Assembly (NCBI GenBank): GCA_965228895.1
Contig: OZ245842.1
Span: forward strand, 1,600,001 to 1,664,000
Direction of reading: 5' to 3'
Length of the DNA stretch: 64,000 bases
From: Alphaproteobacteria bacterium
Lineage (GTDB): Bacteria > Pseudomonadota > Alphaproteobacteria > SP197
Shown here: positions 10,287 through 20,408 of the stretch, piece by piece
Numbering within the stretch: the stretch's first letter is position 1
Layout: the number at the start of each line of letters is the position of its first letter
Notes under the pieces: model-generated
Told to the model about the DNA's origin: nothing
Seen by the model: only the letters and a program-made list of their open reading frames with translations
Database searches by the model: none
Program-made: the position numbers and the translations under genes

Positions 10287-10955
10287 ATGAAAGCCGAGGA
10301 CGTCGTTGCGCGAACCCGCGAGCAGTTGAGCGCCGTTGAGGCGGCCATCCGCAACCATCCCTATTTGACGGCATTGCGCGCCGGCGAGGTGCCCCTCGAC
10401 GCGATCAAGGCGTTGCCCGGCCACCAGCATCATATGGCGATCTCCGACATGCGCTCGATCGCGACGCTGGTGGCGCGCTTCGGCGACACGCCTCATGCCG
10501 ACTTCTTTAACGGTATTCTCCAGGGCCAACATGGCGAGCGCGAGAAGATCCTGGTCCTCGCCAAGAAGCTCGGCATGTCCAAGGAAGACCTGGACCGCTA
10601 CGAGGTCGAGCCGGAAGGTTATGCCTATGCGGCCTATCTGGCATGGCTGACCCAACGAGGCTCCGCGGCCGAGGTTGTGTGCGGCTTGTTCGTCAACTTC
10701 CAGGCCTGGGGCGCGAACTGCGCCGATGTCGGCGCGGCACTACGGGATGCCTATGGTTTTTCCAGTGACGACACGGTTTTCCTGGACTCGTTTGTTAGGA
10801 TGCCGTCGATCGAGGCGACCGCGTTGGCTATTATTCAGGACGGCCTCGACCATGGCGTTGGCGATGTCAGAATCATGCGCGCGGCGCGTCTGATCCAGGG
10901 GTACGAACGTTTGTTCTGGGACACCATGATGCGCCTGGCTGATCAACATAGCTAA
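10287..10955 (+). CDS. TenA/heme-oxygenase-like fold protein (thiaminase II-like)
   Basis: IRNHPYL start, AYAAYLAWL, NFQAWG, YERLFWD end; GAGGAGG RBS before ATG 10287. Confidence 0.7.
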   Translation: MKAEDVVARTREQLSAVEAAIRNHPYLTALRAGEVPLDAIKALPGHQHHMAISDMRSIATLVARFGDTPHADFFNGILQGQHGEREKILVLAKKLGMSKEDLDRYEVEPEGYAYAAYLAWLTQRGSAAEVVCGLFVNFQAWGANCADVGAALRDAYGFSSDDTVFLDSFVRMPSIEATALAIIQDGLDHGVGDVRIMRAARLIQGYERLFWDTMMRLADQHS

Positions 10956-10973
10956 GAACATCCGGAGGAAGCG

Positions 10974-11390
10974 ATGGTCGACAGTCATGAAGGAGGATGC
11001 GTGTGCGGACGGGTCCGCTACAAGACGAAGGGCGTGCCGCAGCGGGTCAGCCTGTGCAGCTGCACGTGGTGCCAGAAGCGCACGGGCAGCGCGCTTGGCG
11101 TCTCCGTCTACTTCTTGAAAGAAGATGTCGAGATCGACGAGAGCTTGCTTGGCACCTACCGCATGACGTCCGATGCCGGACGCTGGATCGAGCAGGGGTT
11201 CTGTACCACATGCGGTACCGCGCTGACCTGGACGCTGGAGTTCCGGCCGAACGATCGGGGATTTGCCGGCGGTACGTTTGACCAGCCAACCTTCTGGTAC
11301 AAGCCGGAGCGTTTCGTTTTCGCCCGATCCAAGCCGGATTGGCTCGCTGTTCCGGACGGTATCGAAACCTTCGAGGCGATGCCGAAGTAG
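10974..11390 (+). CDS. GFA / CENP-V family Zn-binding protein
   Basis: GGCVCGRVRY, CSCTWCQK and FCTTCGT cysteine motifs. Confidence 0.9.
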   Translation: MVDSHEGGCVCGRVRYKTKGVPQRVSLCSCTWCQKRTGSALGVSVYFLKEDVEIDESLLGTYRMTSDAGRWIEQGFCTTCGTALTWTLEFRPNDRGFAGGTFDQPTFWYKPERFVFARSKPDWLAVPDGIETFEAMPK

Positions 11391-11395
11391 GTGGG

Positions 11396-12286
11396 CTAAC
11401 GGATCCGTTTTGGTTTGGCGATCGGTCCCACCAGCACGACAGCAAGCGCGCCGATAACACAGATCAAGGCGACGATCTCGCGCCAAGTGATGGGCTCGCT
11501 GAGTATCAGGGCGCCGCTGACGACGCCGATGACCGGGATCAGCAGGCTGCTGATCGCTGCGACGCCGGCCGGCAACAGGGTCACGATTTTGGCCCAGGCA
11601 TAGTTGCCGATCAGCGCGCCGGCGAAGATCTGATAGGCGATCGTGAACCAGGACCACGTCGTGTAGTTGAAGTCCGGCGCTTCGGTCAGGAACGCGATGG
11701 CGGTGATCGGGATGGCGACAACAATGAACTGCCAGCCGACGATCACGGGGACGGGTATGCGCCACGGCGCGCGTTTGAAGAGCACGGTGCCAAGGCCCCA
11801 GGTGAGCGCGCCGCATAGCATGTAGAAGATGCCAAGCGGCGATTCGCCGATCGCCGGCAGGTCGCCGCCGATCAGGATCGCCATGCCGGCAAGCCCGAGA
11901 CCGAGCCCCAGCATGCGCCGCCACGTGATGGGTTCATCGAGCAGAAAGCGTGCGAAGATGACCGCCCAAAGCGGCATGGTGTAGGCGGCAATCGCGGCGC
12001 GGCCGGACGCCATGTGTTCAAGACCCAAGGCGGAGAACACCATCCATCCACCGATCGAGACCGGCGCGATCATGACGATCAGCTTCAGCTGATCGCGCGG
12101 CACGCGGATGCGCTGGCCGCCAATGACGGCGACGCTCAGAAGTGCGATGCCGCCGAAGACGGTTGTGAACGCGCGGAACGTCCAGGGTTCGACGCCCAAC
12201 ACACCGACACGCATGATCGGCCAGTTGAGCCCCCAGACGACAGTCAGGACGGCCAACAGCGTGAAAGCAAGGCGTCGGTCGTCCAT
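11396..12286 (-). CDS. DMT / EamA family transporter
   Basis: About 10 TM helices, WGLNWP start, duplicated EamA repeats. Confidence 0.9.
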   Translation of the reverse strand: MDDRRLAFTLLAVLTVVWGLNWPIMRVGVLGVEPWTFRAFTTVFGGIALLSVAVIGGQRIRVPRDQLKLIVMIAPVSIGGWMVFSALGLEHMASGRAAIAAYTMPLWAVIFARFLLDEPITWRRMLGLGLGLAGMAILIGGDLPAIGESPLGIFYMLCGALTWGLGTVLFKRAPWRIPVPVIVGWQFIVVAIPITAIAFLTEAPDFNYTTWSWFTIAYQIFAGALIGNYAWAKIVTLLPAGVAAISSLLIPVIGVVSGALILSEPITWREIVALICVIGALAVVLVGPIAKPKRIR

Positions 12287-12290
12287 CAGC

Positions 12291-13466
12291 TCAGACGGCG
12301 GCCAGCGCGTTCTCCAATTCGCGGATCAGGTCGTCGCCGTCCTCGACGCCGACCGAGAGCCGGACCAGGCTGTCGGAGATGCCAATCTCGTCCCGGATCT
12401 CCTTGGGGATCGAGGCGTGGGTCATGATCGCCGGGTGTTCGATCAGACTTTCGACGCCACCCAGGCTTTCGGCGAGCGCGAAGAGGTCGCAGCGTTCCAG
12501 GAAGCGCCGCGTGCCGTCGAGGTCGGCGTCCAGCACCGCCGTCACCATGCCGCCATAGCCATGCATCTGACGGCTGGCGAGTTCGTGCTGCGGATGATTG
12601 GCGAGGCCGGGATAATAGACACGCGCGACTTTCGGATGGTTGTCGAGCCAGGTCGCGATGGCCGCGGCGTTCTCGCAGTGGCGTTCCATGCGCAGCGCCA
12701 GGGTCTTCAATCCCCGCATCGCCAGGAAGCTGTCGAACGGTCCGGCGACGCCGCCGACCGCGTTCTGCAGATAAGCCATGCGTTCGGCGAGATCGGCATC
12801 GTCGCCGACCACCACCATGCCGCCAACCATGTCGGAGTGGCCGTTCAGATACTTCGTGACCGAGTGGACCACCAGATGGAAACCGAACTCCAGCGGCCGC
12901 TGCACCCATGGTGTGGCGAACGTGTTGTCGGCAACGGCAAGCAGGTTGTGACGTCGCGCGACCCGCGAAATCATGTCGAGGTCGATCACGGTCAGCAGCG
13001 GGTTGGTCGGCGTCTCAACCCAGACCATCCGGGTCTCCGGCCGGATCTTCGCTTCGATCGCCGCTTCGTCAGTCATGTCCAGGAAGTCAAAATCCAGGTT
13101 GGCGCTTTTCTTGCGCACGTTCTCGAACAGACGATAGGTGCCGCCATAAAGGTCGTTGCCGGCCAGCACATGGCTGCCGCTTTCCATCAGCTCCAGCACT
13201 GTCGCCGAGCCGGCGAGGCCGGAGGCGAAGGCAAATCCCTTGCTGCCGCTTTCCAGGTCGGCGACGCAGTCCTCGAATGCCATGCGCGTCGGATTTTGCG
13301 ACCGCGAGTACTCGTAGCCCTTGTGGACGCCGGGGCTCTCCTGCACATAGGTCGAGGTCGCGTAGATCGGCGTCATGATGGCGCCGGTCGTCGGGTCGGG
13401 CTGCTGGCCGGCGTGGATCGCCCGGGTCGAAAAACCGGGCCGGTTGGATTGTTGACGGTCGGTCAT
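12291..13466 (-). CDS. Cystathionine gamma-lyase/gamma-synthase (Cys/Met metabolism PLP family)
   Basis: YSRSQNPT, ETPTNP, DNTF, PLP lysine in HSVTKYLNGHSD, AESLGGVESL; start placed at ATG 13466 after a GAGGAG RBS. Confidence 0.92.
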   Translation of the reverse strand: MTDRQQSNRPGFSTRAIHAGQQPDPTTGAIMTPIYATSTYVQESPGVHKGYEYSRSQNPTRMAFEDCVADLESGSKGFAFASGLAGSATVLELMESGSHVLAGNDLYGGTYRLFENVRKKSANLDFDFLDMTDEAAIEAKIRPETRMVWVETPTNPLLTVIDLDMISRVARRHNLLAVADNTFATPWVQRPLEFGFHLVVHSVTKYLNGHSDMVGGMVVVGDDADLAERMAYLQNAVGGVAGPFDSFLAMRGLKTLALRMERHCENAAAIATWLDNHPKVARVYYPGLANHPQHELASRQMHGYGGMVTAVLDADLDGTRRFLERCDLFALAESLGGVESLIEHPAIMTHASIPKEIRDEIGISDSLVRLSVGVEDGDDLIRELENALAAV

Positions 13467-13580
13467 GACGGGATCACTCCTCTCGTGCGAGGCTGTGGCA
13501 TGATGGTGCGGTGAAGGCAAAGGTGAGCGCGAGGTACCAGGAATCGCGCCCAGCATACAAGCGTCGAGGGGGCTACGACC

Positions 13581-15011
13581 ATGACCGATGACGACCTCTG
13601 CTATCTGACGGCGAACGAAGCAGTTGGCCTGTTCAAGGCCAGGAAACTGTCGCCTGTCGAGCTGCTTGACGCTGTCATAGGCCGGGGCGAGGCGATACGG
13701 GAGAGCATCAATCCCTTTGCCGACACCTATTTCGACGAGGCGCGGGCGAGGGCGCGCAAGGCAGAAGAAAAGTACGCCAAGACCGATGGGCGGCCGCGCC
13801 GGTTGGAAGGGGTGCCGCTGGCCGTCAAAGACACATCCGACATTCGCGGCAAACGCGCGACCAAAGGCTCGATGATCTATAAGGATGCGGTTGCCGAGAG
13901 GACGGATCCGGACATCGAGCGGTTGATACGCGCTGGGGCCAATATCTTCACGCGTACGACCTGTCCAGAGTTCGGCTGGCTCTATACGACGCAGTCGCGC
14001 CTATGGGGCATTACGCGCAATCCTTGGCGTCCGGACGCTTCGCCAGGCGGTTCGTCGGGTGGTTCGGCGGCGGCGCTCGCAGCGGGCGCGACGATCCTGG
14101 CGACCGGCGGCGACAGTACCGGTTCGATCCGTCAGCCGGCCAGCCAGTGCGGTGTGGTCGGATATCAGGCGCCGTTCGGCCGCATCCCGATGGTCGGTGA
14201 GGCCAGCTTCGCCAGCTACCTGCATCATGGACCGATGACACGCTCTGTCGCGGACGCCGCGCTGATGGCAAACGTGATGTCGGGCCCCCACCCGCTCGAT
14301 CACAACAGCCTGCAACGCAAGGTGACGATCCCCGCCAACCTCAAGGGGATCGAGGGCATGAAGATCGCGTACTCGATCGATCTCGGCCACTACGAGGTCG
14401 TCGATGACGTCAGGCAAGCGACGCTGGAGTCGCTCGATGCCTTGCGTAGTGCGGGCGCTGAGGTCACCGAGATTCCGGTCGACTGGGCAAGCGAGGTGAT
14501 CCGCCTGGGGCACGGGTCCCAGGAGTTCCTGTTCGCGCCGGGCATCAGTTCGGCGGTAAGGGATCACGGCGACATCGTCAGCGATTATGTGCCGCAGTTG
14601 GAGGAAACCGCGCTCAGCTTCGATGCGGACGACTACAGGCGCTCGCTCACCCTTGCTGCGCAAGTCTGGGACGAACATCTAGGTCCTATGTTCCGCGACC
14701 ACGACGCCTTCATCACGCCAACGGTGTCGTGTCCGGATGTGCCGGCCGATGGCTGGCAAAAAGACACGATCACGGTTAACGGCAAGGCGCTGACCGACAC
14801 GGATACGGCGATGACCGTGCTGTGGAACATGTTCGGACGCTGCCCGGTCCTTGCCGTGCCGTCGGGCATGACAGGGACCGGCTTGCCGGCCGGGCTGCAG
14901 GTCATCGGCCGGGTCGAAGACGATGTCACGGTATTCCGTGTCGCCGCCGTGTTGGAACAGCGTCGTCCTTGGCTCGACCGGCCTGATCGCCGACCGGTTC
15001 TCAATCTCTAG
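13581..15011 (+). CDS. Amidase signature family enzyme
   Basis: Lys in AVKD, GGSSGGS, nucleophile Ser in DSTGSIRQPA. Confidence 0.92.
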   Translation: MTDDDLCYLTANEAVGLFKARKLSPVELLDAVIGRGEAIRESINPFADTYFDEARARARKAEEKYAKTDGRPRRLEGVPLAVKDTSDIRGKRATKGSMIYKDAVAERTDPDIERLIRAGANIFTRTTCPEFGWLYTTQSRLWGITRNPWRPDASPGGSSGGSAAALAAGATILATGGDSTGSIRQPASQCGVVGYQAPFGRIPMVGEASFASYLHHGPMTRSVADAALMANVMSGPHPLDHNSLQRKVTIPANLKGIEGMKIAYSIDLGHYEVVDDVRQATLESLDALRSAGAEVTEIPVDWASEVIRLGHGSQEFLFAPGISSAVRDHGDIVSDYVPQLEETALSFDADDYRRSLTLAAQVWDEHLGPMFRDHDAFITPTVSCPDVPADGWQKDTITVNGKALTDTDTAMTVLWNMFGRCPVLAVPSGMTGTGLPAGLQVIGRVEDDVTVFRVAAVLEQRRPWLDRPDRRPVLNL

Positions 15012-15877
15012 ACCGGCCTGACCAGCGGAAAGGTCTCGCAGGTGATCGGACCGCCGTCGACCAGGTTCTCGCCGCGATAGGACGGATCGGATTCCTGGGG
15101 CATGTCGTAATAGGTGACGTCGTCGCCGGCCCAGTTCGTCGATAACGCCGCGCGCCGGCGATCAAGCGTGTTGCCGGGCGCGCTGTGGAACATGCGGGAA
15201 TTCCAGACCAGGGTATCGCCGGGTTCGAGCGCGCAGGTAATGATGTCGGCGTCGGGGTCGTTGTCGAGGTCCGGCGGCAGCGGTCGTTCGGTCATGGCGC
15301 CGGCGTACTCCTGATCCGGCGCAAAGTGCACGGACCGGTAGACCGTGTCCCAAAGGTGCGATCCCCGGACAAACCGCAAGGCGGTCTCGACCGGGATCGT
15401 GTCCAGTGACGTCCAGCAGTTGATGATCTTGGTGCCGTTCAACGGATAATAGGAATGGTCCTGGTGCCAGGGTGTGACGGCGCTGGCGCAACCCGGCGAC
15501 TTCAGCAGCAGGAAGTCGTAGTAGAAGTTGAGCGTGCTGGTTTCCAGCAGCCGCCAGAAGAGATCCGGCGCGTGCGAGTCGAAGATGAACCGCCGGAAGG
15601 CCTCGACTCGTTTCCACATCAGGCTGTCGTAATAGAAGAAACCCGGCTCGTCATCGTGCGTGACTGTCGCAGAGCTGGCACTGTGCTCCTTCATTGCTTC
15701 GTCGATGGCGGATTCGATGAGGTCCAACCAGTCTTTGCCGAACGCGCTGCGCAGACAGATAACACCGTCACGCTTGTAGGCTTCGATCGCGTCATCGCCC
15801 GGGTTATCCAAGGCGACCGGCGTGAAGCATGCGACATCGCCTAACACTTGCCTTGGTTTCGCTAGCACCTCTGACAT
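15008..15877 (-). CDS. Phytanoyl-CoA dioxygenase (PhyH) family Fe(II)/2OG oxygenase
   Basis: HxD in TPWHQDHSY, distal His in FHSAPGN, RRAALS; GGAGG RBS. Confidence 0.88.
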   Translation of the reverse strand: MSEVLAKPRQVLGDVACFTPVALDNPGDDAIEAYKRDGVICLRSAFGKDWLDLIESAIDEAMKEHSASSATVTHDDEPGFFYYDSLMWKRVEAFRRFIFDSHAPDLFWRLLETSTLNFYYDFLLLKSPGCASAVTPWHQDHSYYPLNGTKIINCWTSLDTIPVETALRFVRGSHLWDTVYRSVHFAPDQEYAGAMTERPLPPDLDNDPDADIITCALEPGDTLVWNSRMFHSAPGNTLDRRRAALSTNWAGDDVTYYDMPQESDPSYRGENLVDGGPITCETFPLVRPV

Positions 15878-15904
15878 GGTCGCCTCCATCAAACGCTTCG
15901 TGAC

Positions 15905-17281
15905 CTACGCCGTCGTCAGTCCGCGTCTCAAGTGATTCAGCAAATCGATGCGCGTTATAACGCCCAGGAACGCATCGTTGTCATCGACCACGATCGCCGT
16001 GAGGTCGCGGCGGAAGATCGGCATCAAACTCTTGATTCCCGCCTTAACCGAAATGGTCTCGATCTCCGCAGTCATGGCCGACGCGACGGTGTCGGTAAAC
16101 GTCTCGTGGTCGTGATGCACGGCCCACAGAATGTCGGACTCATCGATGATGCCGACCGGCGTGTCACCTTCCAGCACTGGTACTTGGCTGATGTCATAAA
16201 GCTTCATGCGTGCCAGTGCGGTTGCCAGCGTGTCGTCCGGTTTGACCGTGATGGCGGCGCGTTCGGAATAGAGCCGGGCGATGACATCGCGCAAATCGCC
16301 AAAGGTCTCACGTTCGATGAAACCCTGATCGATCATCCAATAGTCGTTATAGACCTTGGAGAGATACTTGTTGCCGCTGTCGCACACGAAACTCACCACG
16401 TTCTTCGGCGTTTTCTGGGCGCGGCAGTAGGCAAGCGCGCCGGCGATCAAGGTGCCGGATGAGGAGCCGGCCAGCAGCCCTTCGTTCTTCAGCAACTCGC
16501 GCGCGGTCAAGAACGCGTCCTTGTCGGAGACGGTCACGGCGGTGGTCGCGAGCGACAGGTCGCTGACCGGCGGAATAAAATCCTCGCCGATGCCTTCGAC
16601 CAGCCAGGAGCCCAGTTCGCCCATCTCGCCGGTGTTGACGTAGTCGGCGAGCACCGACCCTTCGGGATCGGCCAGCACCATTTCCAGATGCGGCGCGACG
16701 CGCTTAAAGAAACGCCCGAGGCCGGTGATCGTCCCGCCCGAACCGACGCCGCACACGACCGCGTCGACCTGGTGGTTCATCTGCGCCCAGATCTCCGGGC
16801 CGGTGCTCGACTCGTGCGCCAGAGGATTGGCGGGGTTGCCGAACTGATTGACGAAAAAACTGTTGTCGATCTCCTTGGCAAGCCGTTCGGCCGTGTCCTG
16901 GTAGTATTCGGGATGGCCCTTGCCGACGTCGGAACGAGTCAGACGTACCTCCGCGCCCATGGCCTGCAGGTTGAAGATCTTCTCCTGGCTCATCTTGTCG
17001 GGGATGACCAGGATCAGCTTGTAGCCCTTCTGCCGCGCGACCAGCGCCAGTCCCAGCCCGGTATTGCCGGCGGTCGCCTCGATCAGCGTGCCGCCCGGCT
17101 TTATGCTGCCGTCGTTTTCGGCGGCCTCGATCATCGAGAGCCCGATGCGGTCCTTGATCGACCCTCCGGGATTCTGGTTCTCAAGCTTCAGGAACAGCCG
17201 GCATTTGCCGGTATCGAATTTGGTGACCTCGATCATCGGCGTGTTGCCGATCATATCGAGCACATTGCTGTTGACGACCAT
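15905..17281 (-). CDS. Cystathionine beta-synthase (PLP domain plus C-terminal CBS domains)
   Basis: NPGGSIKDR, EATAGNTG, GVGSGGT, DSGNKYLSK, C-terminal CBS pair. Confidence 0.9.
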   Translation of the reverse strand: MVVNSNVLDMIGNTPMIEVTKFDTGKCRLFLKLENQNPGGSIKDRIGLSMIEAAENDGSIKPGGTLIEATAGNTGLGLALVARQKGYKLILVIPDKMSQEKIFNLQAMGAEVRLTRSDVGKGHPEYYQDTAERLAKEIDNSFFVNQFGNPANPLAHESSTGPEIWAQMNHQVDAVVCGVGSGGTITGLGRFFKRVAPHLEMVLADPEGSVLADYVNTGEMGELGSWLVEGIGEDFIPPVSDLSLATTAVTVSDKDAFLTARELLKNEGLLAGSSSGTLIAGALAYCRAQKTPKNVVSFVCDSGNKYLSKVYNDYWMIDQGFIERETFGDLRDVIARLYSERAAITVKPDDTLATALARMKLYDISQVPVLEGDTPVGIIDESDILWAVHHDHETFTDTVASAMTAEIETISVKAGIKSLMPIFRRDLTAIVVDDNDAFLGVITRIDLLNHLRRGLTTA

Positions 17282-17367
17282 CGTCACTCCCGGCGGCGAA
17301 GTTGTGGCGAAGAAGGATCTAGAATAAGTGATCGCAAGGCATTGAAAACCATGAAGGTGCCGAAGGC

Positions 17368-17781
17368 ATGGCAAATCCGGAAAATTTCCGGGCCTACGGC
17401 GTGCTGCTGCGCGATGCCAAGGTCTTGATTGCCGCCGAATTCATCGGCGATGCCTTCGCCTGGAAGTTTCCTGGCGGTGGTGTTCTGCACCATGAAGATG
17501 CCGAGCAGGCCCTGAAGCGCGAATTCGTCGAGGAGACGGGGCTCGACGTTACGGTCGAGCGCGAACTTCACGATCCCGGCACACTTATCAGTCCTTTGAT
17601 CAAGCGGCCGTATTCCCCGGTCTACTTTCTGGTGTCGGCAAGCGGGGATCCGCTCGTACCGAGCCACGAGACTGTCGAGATATCGTTTATGGACCCGGCC
17701 GCTGTCCTTGCCAGCAACCTCGTGCCGTCGCCGGAAAAGGTTGCGCTGAGCCTCGCGCTGTCGTTGAAGGCCGAGACCTAG
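17368..17781 (+). CDS. NUDIX hydrolase
   Basis: Nudix box FPGGGVLHHEDAEQALKREFVEETG. Confidence 0.9.
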   Translation: MANPENFRAYGVLLRDAKVLIAAEFIGDAFAWKFPGGGVLHHEDAEQALKREFVEETGLDVTVERELHDPGTLISPLIKRPYSPVYFLVSASGDPLVPSHETVEISFMDPAAVLASNLVPSPEKVALSLALSLKAET

Positions 17782-18848
17782 TCGACGGGATCCGGCGCGT
17801 CCCAGTCCAGCTCCGGATTGGGCACCGTGCCGCGTTGGGCGACGCGGTATTCATAGACGTCGGTGATCATCTTTTCCGTCCACCAGCCCGACCGGGTCGG
17901 CGGGTACTTCGGCGGATTGTCGGGACCCTGGAACTGGGGCAGGCAGCGCACGACCGTCCGGTGGTTGGCGGCGAAAAAGAGCGGGAACGACATGCGCTCC
18001 TTGCCTGACGTGTTGATCACCCGGTGTGGCGTCGAGACAAACTCGTCATTGGTCCAGCGCATCAACATGTCGCCGACATTGACGATGATGGTGCCAGGGA
18101 TGGGCGTCGCCTCGATCCAGTCGCCGTCGCGGTTGCCGACCTGGAGTCCGCCGCTGTCGTCCTGCAGGAGCAGCGTAAAACACTCGTAGTCCGTGTGGGC
18201 GCCGATACCGATCCGGTCGGGATCGATCTCACCTTCCTGGGGTGGGTAATAGAGCAGCCGGAGCTGGCTCATGGACTTGTCGACGTGGGGATCGAACCAA
18301 CCCGGGGGCAAACCGAGTGTCATTTCGAAGGCGTTGAAGAGCTTGAAGCCAAGGTCCATGACGGCCTCGAAGTAGCCGTAAACGCCGTCTTGAAAACCGG
18401 GCAGGTTGTCGGGCCAGACATTGGGTCCATACATGATGCTGCCCGCCAGATAGTCCGGATCGTCGGCCGGCAGCTCCGTGGAAAGCTCAAAACCCTCCTG
18501 TACGTCCGGCTTAGCGTTGGGGCCGGCGTAGAGGTCGCCGAAGGGGATGAAACCACGGTGACGCCCGATCTTCTTGGCGTCTAATTCCATTTTTTTATCA
18601 AAAGGTTGTCGGAAAAACCTCTTAGTTTGATTTAGGAGTTCGTCAGTGACGTGCTGAGGGATCCCGTGGCCCTTGATGTAGAAAAATCCGATCTGCCGGC
18701 AGGCCTCGCCGATCTGCTCGGCGACCTCTTGTTTCTGCTCGTCGGTACCGTTGAGAAACAGGCTGAAATCGATCACCGGGATCGCATCGAAGTCGAGGCG
18801 CTTCGCGGCGATGGTGTCAATCTTCGTCATTGCGGACGTGGCGGCCAT
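17778..18848 (-). CDS. Isopenicillin N synthase-like 2OG-Fe(II) oxygenase
   Basis: IPVIDF, GFFYIKGHGI, HTD, PHRV and RMS motifs. Confidence 0.9.
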   Translation of the reverse strand: MAATSAMTKIDTIAAKRLDFDAIPVIDFSLFLNGTDEQKQEVAEQIGEACRQIGFFYIKGHGIPQHVTDELLNQTKRFFRQPFDKKMELDAKKIGRHRGFIPFGDLYAGPNAKPDVQEGFELSTELPADDPDYLAGSIMYGPNVWPDNLPGFQDGVYGYFEAVMDLGFKLFNAFEMTLGLPPGWFDPHVDKSMSQLRLLYYPPQEGEIDPDRIGIGAHTDYECFTLLLQDDSGGLQVGNRDGDWIEATPIPGTIIVNVGDMLMRWTNDEFVSTPHRVINTSGKERMSFPLFFAANHRTVVRCLPQFQGPDNPPKYPPTRSGWWTEKMITDVYEYRVAQRGTVPNPELDWDAPDPVD

Positions 18849-18923
18849 AAATGCGGTCTCCTGAACAGCCGTTCAATAATGCCAAACTTCAGCGGTTGTC
18901 AGCAAGACACGCACCGGCTGTGC

Positions 18924-19661
18924 TCACAGCATCAGCAGACCACCACTGGCGATGACCGTCTCGCCGACCACGTAACGGTTGCGCGGTGAGGCCAGGAACA
19001 GGACGACCTCGCCGATATCCGCTGGCTCGGCGGCGTAACCGACGGGAATTTCGGGCAGGCGCTTGGCGAGCCAATCCTGGCTCTTGGCCCGTTCGGTCGC
19101 GACCGCGCCGGGACTGACACCGTTGACCAGCACGCCGTCGGGCGCGAAGTCCTTGGCGAAGGTCTTGACCAGGCTGGCCGCTGCCGCCTTTGAGGCGGCA
19201 TAATGGGGCAGGGTCGGCTTGGCCGTATAGGCATCGACGGTCACGATGCAGACGACCCGGCCATAACCCGCCTGGCGCATCGGCTTGCCGAAGGCGCGCG
19301 TCATCAGGAAGACGCTCTTGGCGTTCACGTCAAACACGCGGTCCCACGACTCGACCGTCATCTCGTCGAAGGTTTCCTGCGGGTAGATGCCAGCGTTGTT
19401 GATCAGGATGTCGACACGCCGGCAGTCGTTGAGCACCGCGTCCCGGGCCGCGTTGACGGCAGTTTCGTCCGTGACATCCGCCGCGATGGCGAGCGCGCCG
19501 TTGCCGATGTCCCTGGCTTCCGCTTCGGCGGCGTCGTGGTCGATATCGACCAAGCAGACCCTGGCGCCGCGTTCACCGAGCAGCCGGGCGATCGCGTTCC
19601 CGATGCCCGCGGCCGCACCCGTTACCACCGCGACCTGACCGTCAAACTCGTTTGTCGTCAT
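18924..19661 (-). CDS. SDR family NAD(P)-dependent oxidoreductase
   Basis: TGAAAGIG, NNAG, YAASK. Confidence 0.92.
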   Translation of the reverse strand: MTTNEFDGQVAVVTGAAAGIGNAIARLLGERGARVCLVDIDHDAAEAEARDIGNGALAIAADVTDETAVNAARDAVLNDCRRVDILINNAGIYPQETFDEMTVESWDRVFDVNAKSVFLMTRAFGKPMRQAGYGRVVCIVTVDAYTAKPTLPHYAASKAAAASLVKTFAKDFAPDGVLVNGVSPGAVATERAKSQDWLAKRLPEIPVGYAAEPADIGEVVLFLASPRNRYVVGETVIASGGLLML

Positions 19662-19670
19662 GGCGTCCCC

Positions 19671-20408
19671 CTAAGTTGCCGATCGAGCCTGATCGATGCC
19701 GAGGTATTCCGCAATCTCCGGCGTCGGGGGATGGTCGAGGATATCGGCGGTCGGACCGGCCGCGACGACATGCCCGTCGTCGACGAAGGCCGTGGTCCCG
19801 GCAATGCGTCGGGCGTCCTCGGGGTCGTGGCTCACCATCAGGACCGTGGTTTTGGTCTCGTGCCGCAACGCGTCGACCAGATCCAGCATGGCGCGGCGCA
19901 TGGCCGGGCCCAGGGCAGCGAACGGCTCGTCGAGCAACAGCAGGGGCCGGCGCATGACCAGGCTGCGCGCCAGCGCGACCCGTTGGCGCTCACCGCCGGA
20001 GAGCTGGCGCGGCAGGCGTGCACCCAACTCGCCGATGCCGACCCGCGCCAGCGCTGCCTTGATCGCCGTGTGATCGTCCGGCGAGAGCTTCAGGCCCGGA
20101 TCGATGCCCAGCCCGACATTCTGTGCCGCCGTCAAATGGGGGAAGAGGTTGTGTTCCTGGAACAGCATGGTGACCGGGCGCCGGTCCGGCGGCAGAGCGG
20201 TGATGTCGGTGCCGTCGACCATGATCGTGCCGCCGGTCGCCTGATCGAAGCCGGCGATCAGCGATAGCAACGTCGTTTTGCCCGCGCCGCTGGTGCCGAT
20301 GATAGCCATGATGCCGGCGCGTTCGAGACTGAGGTCGAAGCGCATGGATTGGCCATCATAGGCGAAGGTGAGATCGCGAATATCAAGCAGAGGCGCGGCC
20401 ACCGACAA
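19671..20408 (-). CDS. thiQ: Thiamine ABC transporter ATP-binding subunit
   Basis: Walker A GTSGAGKT, FQEHNLFPHL, LSGGERQR, LLLDEPF; follows thiB-thiP. Confidence 0.9.
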   Translation of the reverse strand: MSVAAPLLDIRDLTFAYDGQSMRFDLSLERAGIMAIIGTSGAGKTTLLSLIAGFDQATGGTIMVDGTDITALPPDRRPVTMLFQEHNLFPHLTAAQNVGLGIDPGLKLSPDDHTAIKAALARVGIGELGARLPRQLSGGERQRVALARSLVMRRPLLLLDEPFAALGPAMRRAMLDLVDALRHETKTTVLMVSHDPEDARRIAGTTAFVDDGHVVAAGPTADILDHPPTPEIAEYLGIDQARSAT

